A DNA stretch of 39,462 nt from Candidatus Dojkabacteria bacterium (GTDB lineage Bacteria > Patescibacteriota > Dojkabacteria > SC72). A program made the translations under genes and the position numbers. Positions 33,510 to 39,462 of this stretch are shown in pieces. The stretch lies in assembly GCA_028704525.1 (NCBI GenBank), contig JAQWFF010000001.1:1-39462 (forward strand), written 5' to 3'. The notes under the pieces are model-generated. The model worked only from the letters and a program-made list of their open reading frames with translations, had not been told where the DNA came from and searched no databases. Position 1 is the stretch's first letter. Each line of letters begins with the position of its first letter.

Positions 33510-33523
33510 AACTTATATAAGTT
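33510..33523. promoter_or_regulatory. Perfect 14-bp palindrome AACTTATATAAGTT (operator-like) between the terminator and the phosphoesterase operon
   Basis: Read directly from the sequence. It lies in the 109-bp intergenic region upstream of the ATG at 33453. Confidence 0.3.
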
Positions 33524-33555
33524 ACAAACAAATGAGGGGAAGCTACAACTTCCCC
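33524..33555 (-). terminator. Strong intrinsic terminator after the holin-like gene
   Basis: GGGGAAG-TTGTAG-CTTCCCC forms a perfect 7-bp stem and is followed by TCATTTGTTTGT. An A-run on the 5' side makes it potentially bidirectional. Confidence 0.6.
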
Positions 33556-33562
33556 TTTTTTA

Positions 33563-33898
33563 CTAACTAAATCTTTCTTCCAATGCTGGAATACTTTTAA
33601 TGATCAATTCATATATAGTCTGAATCATACCCTTAATAGCTACAAAGTTGATAAAGAAGAACTGTAGGAGATTCCCAACATTCTCTTCAAAGCTTTCTAC
33701 CCATTGATATTTAACAAGAACTAAAACAAGTGCAACTGCTCCTGATAGTAATGTAATTACTAATCTCTTCTCTGCTGTTGTAAGGTCTTTCTGGAATATC
33801 TTTCCAATAAACTTGAAAAGAGAAGGCAATACAAATGGAGCTAATGAACCAATTGCTCCTGAAACACCAGCACTTAAAATGAATAATTCGCTGTCCAT
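33563..33898 (-). CDS. Holin-like membrane protein (three predicted TM helices)
   Basis: 111 aa with hydrophobic segments SAGVSGAIGSLAPFVLPSLF, LVITLLSGAVALVLVLV and LLQFFFINFVAIKGMI. It lies downstream of the M23 peptidase gene and is followed by a strong terminator. Confidence 0.4.
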   Translation of the reverse strand: MDSELFILSAGVSGAIGSLAPFVLPSLFKFIGKIFQKDLTTAEKRLVITLLSGAVALVLVLVKYQWVESFEENVGNLLQFFFINFVAIKGMIQTIYELIIKSIPALEERFS

Positions 33899-34047
33899 TA
33901 TATTTTAGATAAAATAAATTTAACTAACATTGTACAAAACAGAATAATACTTGCTGAATATATTATTATGTTTAGTATGTCATTCACTTTTTTTCTTTCC
34001 TTGTTTAATCTATCTTTAATTGTACTAACAGGCTTCAATTGTTCCAA
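33898..34047 (-). CDS. Possible 49-aa membrane micro-protein with TTG start (…NDILNIIIYSASIILFCTMLVKFILSKI)
   Basis: Translated manually. Its stop overlaps the holin-like ATG as TAATG. It has no ATG start, so the call is weak. Confidence 0.25.
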   Translation of the reverse strand: MEQLKPVSTIKDRLNKERKKVNDILNIIIYSASIILFCTMLVKFILSKI

Positions 34048-34077
34048 AAAACAATCTCTAATAATTTAAGGATACTC

Positions 34078-35163
34078 CTACTTCTTCTTAGGAAATAGTT
34101 TCTCCAACAAATCTACAACCCATATAAACCTTCCATTCTTATATGCATTTAACTCTGATACTGCCTTTGTTCTATCATTTTCTGCTGTCTTTCTTTTAAT
34201 AACCTCTGTACCATACTTATCTTCTAATTCCTGATAATCAATCTTATCCTGTTCAATCTCTCCATTCTTTTCCATGATAACTTCATCCATTACTTTAATC
34301 TTATCATTAAGCTTTACTATCTCTGCTTCTAGCTCTGTTATCTTTGCACTATTATCAACTGGTACAATTACTTTACTTCCATCTACATTGGTAACAGATG
34401 CTGTACTTTTTGTTACCCAGTATTCACCACCATCCTTTTTAACAGCACACATGCCACAATCATCACCAAAACTCATGAGATACCAACTGTAGCCACCATT
34501 GGCAATTTCAATGCTCCTGACAAGCCCTACAGCTCCAGATTGAACAGTAAGACCCCTCTTGAAGTATTTATCATCAATAATAAAAGCTTCCCTAAGCTTT
34601 GTATTCTCATTAAACTTTATTTTATCTCCAATGTTAAACATAGTTGTATTTCCCTGAGAAATTATATCACCATTTAAAACTAAGTTCCTGATTTTCAATC
34701 CCCTATTACTCCATTCATCCAGATGAAGATGAGGAGCAAACCCTGTTACACTCTGAGGAGCTATCTTACATATAGGACTACCAGCCTTTACAAGACCCTT
34801 AGCCCATTGATAAGTATGCACCAGAGCTATTACATAATCACTTCCTACTGGCTGTACCTTACACCAGCTACCATCACTAGGATTTGTTGCCAATACATTT
34901 ACATCAACATTCATTGATAAAACTGCACCAGCTACAATTGAAAAGTCTATTGGATTTCTATTGGCATTACTTACATACTTTGCATGAGAGCCACCAATGT
35001 ATGTCTTATATCCAGATGGTAAAGTTGCTGTATCAAACTCTGCAAGAATTGGCTTGTAATATGTACCAGCACTATTTCTGTAATACTTGCCACTTTCATT
35101 CTGAGTTACTGGTACAGTAGCTAAGTCCTTACCACTTGCATATATTATATATTTTTTTGCCAT
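34078..35163 (-). CDS. M23-family peptidoglycan endopeptidase with C-terminal coiled coil (endolysin or virion lysin candidate)
   Basis: It has the PHLHLDEW (HxH) motif and an upstream H...NPIDF (HxxxD-like) motif of LytM/M23 peptidases. The C-terminal ~90 aa are Glu/Lys-rich heptads. Confidence 0.7.
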   Translation of the reverse strand: MAKKYIIYASGKDLATVPVTQNESGKYYRNSAGTYYKPILAEFDTATLPSGYKTYIGGSHAKYVSNANRNPIDFSIVAGAVLSMNVDVNVLATNPSDGSWCKVQPVGSDYVIALVHTYQWAKGLVKAGSPICKIAPQSVTGFAPHLHLDEWSNRGLKIRNLVLNGDIISQGNTTMFNIGDKIKFNENTKLREAFIIDDKYFKRGLTVQSGAVGLVRSIEIANGGYSWYLMSFGDDCGMCAVKKDGGEYWVTKSTASVTNVDGSKVIVPVDNSAKITELEAEIVKLNDKIKVMDEVIMEKNGEIEQDKIDYQELEDKYGTEVIKRKTAENDRTKAVSELNAYKNGRFIWVVDLLEKLFPKKK

Positions 35164-35180
35164 ATCAACTTAATGACAAA

Positions 35181-35618
35181 TTAAACATGATCAATTAAAG
35201 ACATAAACCATTCAATAATACCTTGAATAATTGGAATACTATTTACTATTGTTGTAATACCTATAAGACCTAGCAACCATCTTACATTGGTATAGAAGGT
35301 AATCATTTTACCAAGAGATTCAAGCTTTGATTCTTTCTGTCCTTTTTCACAAAGATTCATATCTTCAAACCAATCAAGTGCAGGTTCAGCTCTTTCTATT
35401 ATTTGTAGGTCTGTGTTTTTTTTAGCATAGAGATATGCAAAATTAGCTCTGGCTTTTAAGGTATCTTCTTCATTAGTACCTATTTCACCAAGCAATAATC
35501 TTTCCAATCTGGATAATGTTGATTTAACTTCAGTAAGTTCTTTTAAAACATCCTTCTGTATCTTCAATGCTTCTTCTCTAGCAATTGATCTTACTTCCCT
35601 CTCTGTTAATTCTGCCAT
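35181..35618 (-). CDS. Membrane protein with N-terminal coiled coil and C-terminal TM helix (lysis-cassette associated?)
   Basis: 145 aa. It has a C-terminal hydrophobic segment, WLLGLIGITTIVNSIPIIQGIIEWFMSLI. It is the first gene after the giant ORF and directly precedes the M23 peptidase gene. Confidence 0.35.
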   Translation of the reverse strand: MAELTEREVRSIAREEALKIQKDVLKELTEVKSTLSRLERLLLGEIGTNEEDTLKARANFAYLYAKKNTDLQIIERAEPALDWFEDMNLCEKGQKESKLESLGKMITFYTNVRWLLGLIGITTIVNSIPIIQGIIEWFMSLIDHV

Positions 35619-35695
35619 AAGTGTTCTTTGTTTATGTTAGTTCTAGCTCTAACATTCCTGTAATATAGTGTATGTTATAGAGAGCTTTAAGTCAA

Positions 35696-38600
35696 TTAAA
35701 ATAACTTTGTTTTATTGTCATCATCCTCTTTTTCACCATACCTCTTATCATAACTTGCTTGTGTTATTGCAATGTATTTCTGGAATCCAGCCTGTGTAAT
35801 CAGCCCATCCTTGAACAACTTTCTCAAAGTATCATTATCCATAGCATCTCTTTTTCTTAACTCATTAAGCAAATCATTATTACTGTCCTGACTTAAAACT
35901 GGGATAGATTCTTTAACAACCTTATATATTAAATCCTGACTTAGATTCTTATCCTTTGCATACTCTGCAAACATCTCTCCTTTAACTACTTCATATCTTA
36001 CAGCCTGAGCCATGAAGTCTTTAAACTCTTCATCACTCATCTTCTTCTTCTGACTATTGATTATCTCAAGCTTTTCATCATTATCAAGTCCAGCCTTTGC
36101 AATACTCTTATATACAGCATTACCACTATTTGCAAGAATCTCTCTCTTAAACTCACTCTTTAACCTTGTTTCTTCTGCCTTCTCTGTACCACTCCAACCC
36201 CCTTCTGGTCTTTCACCTTTGACTTCTATTACATATTTCTCCTGAAGCTCCAATAATTTCTTATTGGAAGGCTCTGCATAATAGCTCTCTATAAATCCAT
36301 CCAATGTTTTATTCTTTTCTCTCTTACCAAGTGCCTTGTCATTCTCTTCTCTCTCTTGAAGTCCATAATTTGTAAGCTCAAACATTCTTTCCAGAAGTGG
36401 AAGCTCCATTGTCTTTTCTAAAGTTGTATCAGAAGATTTGTCATATGTAGAGAAGTTAGTTAAGCCCATCTCATTGCTAGTCCATTTAAGCATCTCAGTA
36501 AATCTGGTCATACCACCTTCATTCCACTTACTTGTGTTAATTGCCAACCTTCCCCTAAAGTCATCATAAGGATTTCTACCCTGTAGGTATTGTTTCCAAT
36601 CTCTCATTATAGAAAGAAGAGGATTATCTCCAGTAGTAAATGGTACAAGTCCAGCAATTGCACTTCCAAGTTGTTCTACTTTCATACCTTCACCTTGTAG
36701 ATATGTAGCCATCTTCCATACAAGATTACCTATTACTGCACCTACTTCATCAGAAGGAGCTTTAACAAACATAAAACTTTCACTCTCTTCATCATATCCA
36801 ATTGGAAATGCCATATACATACTCTTGTAATACTCTGATAGATAATCATATGGATTTACCCACTTCTTCTTTTCTGGATCATCTGGGTCTGGAATTGGAA
36901 CTCTCAATATACTTGCACCAAGTAGCATGAGTAACTTAGGGAATACTATCTTAAACATTGTACTTACCCAATACCCACTTGCTGTTTTAGGTCTTGTTGC
37001 CAAGTCCATATCAGCTGTAATTGCTTGAATACCTACATTACTAAAGACTACCAGCTCATTTGTAAGAGGAGTAAACTTACCTTTCTGCATATAATCTGGA
37101 GTACCTACATACCTTCTTGTATAAAAGGAAGCCTTCTCATCTCCTACCTTATCTGATAAATACTGGAATCCAGCTATCTTACTATTTACCTCAAAAGTTG
37201 AACCAGCTCTCATATAGAAGTCATACATTGGTACAAGTGTATGCTTAATTACAGGAATTGTTGATCCCCAATCTCTAAGGGTTTCCAACCAGTTCACACC
37301 ACCCTTAAATACTATTCTGTTTTTAACAGGATCAAACTTAAACTTCTCATTGCCAAGATCAATATCTTCATACTTAACATTGCTAGACAGTACATACATA
37401 TCCAACATCTTCTGAGTAATAGCATCCATTTCACCACCAGCATAATTCCAGCTTCTCTTTAAGTTCTTAATCCATTCCCTTGTAAATGCTCCAAAGACTT
37501 TAGCTGTTCTACTTACTACATTACTCTTATCAAAGAGTCCTGATAATGCTGTTAGATTTGTAAGACTTCTCTGATAGTCCTTGATTGGATTGCTATAGAA
37601 CTGGAAGGATGCCTTCATTACAGTTACAGCAGGTTTAAAGATTCTATTTACCATTCTTAGTGGAGCTGTAACAAACCTCATTGTATCCCAGAACCAACCA
37701 TTAAGACTATTGTCAAACATGGCAATGATATACTTATCCATATAGTATGCACTCTTCTTTCCATCTTCCAAAAGTTCCAATTGTGCATAACCACTCCTCT
37801 CAAGCTTAGGATTCTTTTTAAATCCAACGACTCTACCTTCACCATCCTTTATTGCTTCTGCTTTTACAATCTCATCAGGGAATATTTCTGCAAGACTTTT
37901 TACTACATCCTGCTTTGCATTATTTCTTGCTGTTAATTTCATAAGACTTAAACTCTTTAGCATCTGAGTTGTAAGAGGATTCTCAACACCCTTTGTTGTA
38001 CCAACTGCTTGTATTATTCCAGCTGTAACATAGTTATCCTCAATGTAATCCACAACTGCAAATGGAGTATAAGTATTCTTATTTACTGTAGCTATCTCTT
38101 CAAAGAACTTTTCACTATATACACCAGCTTCATATCCTTTTCTTACAAGCTCAAAATTGTAATCTCTCCACCAACTCAACTTCTCTGAAAGAAGATTCCA
38201 TTGTGCTGGAGTAAGCTGTCCTTTAACAAAGTCATAAGTTTCTTTAGCATAGTCATATACAAGCCCATGAGGATTTGCTAGATCTAATCTATCACCAAGA
38301 TTCCTTTCAAGTACAAGTATCTGTCCTACTGTATCAATGTCTATTCCAGCTTCACTTACTGGAACAAAGAACTCATTTTGTACATCTTGTGCATATTTAA
38401 CTGCATCATTACCTTTAAGAGCTAAATCACCCATCAACTGTTCTGCTTCTTCCAGCTTTGAAAGTGTAATCTTCTTATCCTTCCAAGCCTTTCTCAACTT
38501 GTCCAGATATGGAGCATACTGATTCACAAAGCCCATCTTAATACCAGTAATACCTTCTTGCCACTTACTCTGTTTTCTATAGGCTTCCTTCTCTTCATCA

Positions 38601-39462
38601 ATTGTCATTCTCTTTCCTCTTGCAATCTCCTGAGCTTTCTTCATATTCTCTACTCTACTTTGTACTTCATTGCCTTCTTTTATCATATCTCTTATAGCAA
38701 AGTATTCATTCTGTACTTCCTTCTTCCTTGCCATGTACTCAATGAATCCCTGATAGAAGTTAGGAGCAACCTCTTTAACCAGAGATGGCTTGTTAAGAAA
38801 TACTGATAGAGCTTCTGCATATAATTCTTTAGCTGAGTATCTGTAGGTCTTATATTTCTTAGGTACACTTGCTTCATCAAATGGATTCCATACCTGAGTA
38901 AGAGCCTTTAATTCCTTCCTGATTTCTTTATTGTTTAGATCCATAAATTGCCCTTCTGTATAACTTCTAAGATTTGCTATCCTTCCTAGAATATTCCCTC
39001 TTTTAAGAGTCATATTCTCAGTACCACCAAACCAATCAAACAAGTGTCCTATCTCATGAGCTAGTACCTTCTCAATTGCATGTATTCTATCCATCTGTTG
39101 CTCTGATGTTTCTGGTAACTTCTCTACATTACCCTCTCCATCCATAACCTCTTCACCTTGTGGCTCAAACAACTCTCTGAGGATTCTGATTCTTGAATCA
39201 GTATTTGCACTTGGAGTAAAATCTCCAAGCTTTGCTCTACCTCTAAACTTCTTCTGGAGCTTTATATTAGCTCCAAGCTCTGTTGCCATTGTAATAAGTT
39301 CTGGGAGCTTTACTGACACAGCTGACTCTTGCTCTAATGCCATTGCTTCTGGAGATGGATTATCACCCATCCTATACTTCACATCCTCAAACTGCTCATT
39401 AATAATTTTAGATTTCTCATTCATTGAATCATCAGAAACATAGAAAATCTTGTTAATACCAT
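35696..39462 (-). CDS. Giant multidomain protein, C-terminal 1,242 codons plus upstream open frame to the window edge (same ORF as 1-5663)
   Basis: The track ORF 35696..39424 begins at an internal Met. The frame stays open upstream to 39462, and this Met (equivalent to position 89) is in frame with the ATG at 5663 (5663-89=5574=3x1858). An HEIGH zincin motif is encoded at 39044-39058 (VLAHEIGHLFDW). Confidence 0.85.
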   Translation of the reverse strand, partial: GINKIFYVSDDSMNEKSKIINEQFEDVKYRMGDNPSPEAMALEQESAVSVKLPELITMATELGANIKLQKKFRGRAKLGDFTPSANTDSRIRILRELFEPQGEEVMDGEGNVEKLPETSEQQMDRIHAIEKVLAHEIGHLFDWFGGTENMTLKRGNILGRIANLRSYTEGQFMDLNNKEIRKELKALTQVWNPFDEASVPKKYKTYRYSAKELYAEALSVFLNKPSLVKEVAPNFYQGFIEYMARKKEVQNEYFAIRDMIKEGNEVQSRVENMKKAQEIARGKRMTIDEEKEAYRKQSKWQEGITGIKMGFVNQYAPYLDKLRKAWKDKKITLSKLEEAEQLMGDLALKGNDAVKYAQDVQNEFFVPVSEAGIDIDTVGQILVLERNLGDRLDLANPHGLVYDYAKETYDFVKGQLTPAQWNLLSEKLSWWRDYNFELVRKGYEAGVYSEKFFEEIATVNKNTYTPFAVVDYIEDNYVTAGIIQAVGTTKGVENPLTTQMLKSLSLMKLTARNNAKQDVVKSLAEIFPDEIVKAEAIKDGEGRVVGFKKNPKLERSGYAQLELLEDGKKSAYYMDKYIIAMFDNSLNGWFWDTMRFVTAPLRMVNRIFKPAVTVMKASFQFYSNPIKDYQRSLTNLTALSGLFDKSNVVSRTAKVFGAFTREWIKNLKRSWNYAGGEMDAITQKMLDMYVLSSNVKYEDIDLGNEKFKFDPVKNRIVFKGGVNWLETLRDWGSTIPVIKHTLVPMYDFYMRAGSTFEVNSKIAGFQYLSDKVGDEKASFYTRRYVGTPDYMQKGKFTPLTNELVVFSNVGIQAITADMDLATRPKTASGYWVSTMFKIVFPKLLMLLGASILRVPIPDPDDPEKKKWVNPYDYLSEYYKSMYMAFPIGYDEESESFMFVKAPSDEVGAVIGNLVWKMATYLQGEGMKVEQLGSAIAGLVPFTTGDNPLLSIMRDWKQYLQGRNPYDDFRGRLAINTSKWNEGGMTRFTEMLKWTSNEMGLTNFSTYDKSSDTTLEKTMELPLLERMFELTNYGLQEREENDKALGKREKNKTLDGFIESYYAEPSNKKLLELQEKYVIEVKGERPEGGWSGTEKAEETRLKSEFKREILANSGNAVYKSIAKAGLDNDEKLEIINSQKKKMSDEEFKDFMAQAVRYEVVKGEMFAEYAKDKNLSQDLIYKVVKESIPVLSQDSNNDLLNELRKRDAMDNDTLRKLFKDGLITQAGFQKYIAITQASYDKRYGEKEDDDNKTKLF
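39336..39462. repeat. Terminal direct repeat, right copy (identical to 1-127). It indicates a circular or terminally redundant genome of 39,335 bp
   Basis: Exact 127-bp identity with 1-127. An overlap of exactly 127 nt is what a de Bruijn assembler run at k=127 leaves on circular contigs (established knowledge about assemblers). Confidence 0.9.

Noticed and set aside
11535-38880. Nested minus-strand ORFs in alternative frames (1214..1468, 11535..11819, 12975..13208, 16097..16348, 24333..24530, 38692..38880).
   Set aside because: Each lies entirely inside a longer ORF that has recognisable motifs or repeat structure. Their compositions are atypical (Leu/Ile/Cys/Trp rich) and none has its own start context.
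1-39462. Temperate lifestyle or prophage (integrase, repressor, att site; the tRNA-like fragment as an attP remnant).
   Set aside because: No integrase, recombinase or CI-like repressor could be recognised in the complete gene set. The tRNA-like element has both acceptor strands present, so it is not a 3' tRNA fragment of the kind found at att sites.

Overview
The window is a complete, AT-rich genome of a tailed dsDNA phage. Its first 127 bp (1-127) are identical to its last 127 bp (39336-39462), so the unit length is 39,335 bp and the contig is a circular or terminally redundant molecule cut at an arbitrary point. Every credible gene is on the minus strand, and the plus-strand ORFs in the track are antisense artefacts. 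Reading the minus strand from high to low coordinates, the order is as follows. (1) A lysis-type cassette at 35618-33563: a membrane protein, an M23 peptidase, a micro-TM ORF and a 3-TM holin-like protein, followed by a strong terminator. (2) An accessory and DNA-metabolism block at 33453-27464. It holds a metallophosphoesterase split by one in-frame TAA, an HNH endonuclease, an 0.8-kb ORF-free region, an SSB-like protein, Zn-ribbon proteins, a VRR-NUC nuclease and a membrane-anchored muramidase-like protein. (3) A CpG- and GC-enriched structured-RNA block fused to tRNA-Thr(UGU) at 27460-27032. (4) Small early-type genes separated by a 24-29 bp junction repeat. (5) Packaging and morphogenesis genes: TerS, TerL, portal, scaffold, N4-gp56-like major capsid protein, a triplicated-domain surface protein, adaptor-type proteins, and fiber and tail proteins rich in internal repeats, with no tape measure, sheath or tube gene recognised, ending in a LysM protein. 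(6) One ORF of about 3,100 codons that crosses the window junction (5663->1 joined to 39335->35696), takes up about 24% of the genome and carries two HExxH motifs. No DNA polymerase, RNA polymerase, integrase, reverse transcriptase or CRISPR array could be recognised. The standard code fits, since TAA, TAG and TGA all terminate ORFs. The most interesting items are the junction-spanning giant ORF, the tRNA-like structured RNA next to tRNA-Thr, the stop-interrupted phosphoesterase, the promoter-then-terminator units, the recurrent leader motif AGGAATGT, and extreme CpG depletion with CpG-bearing islands in the distal tail-fiber genes.
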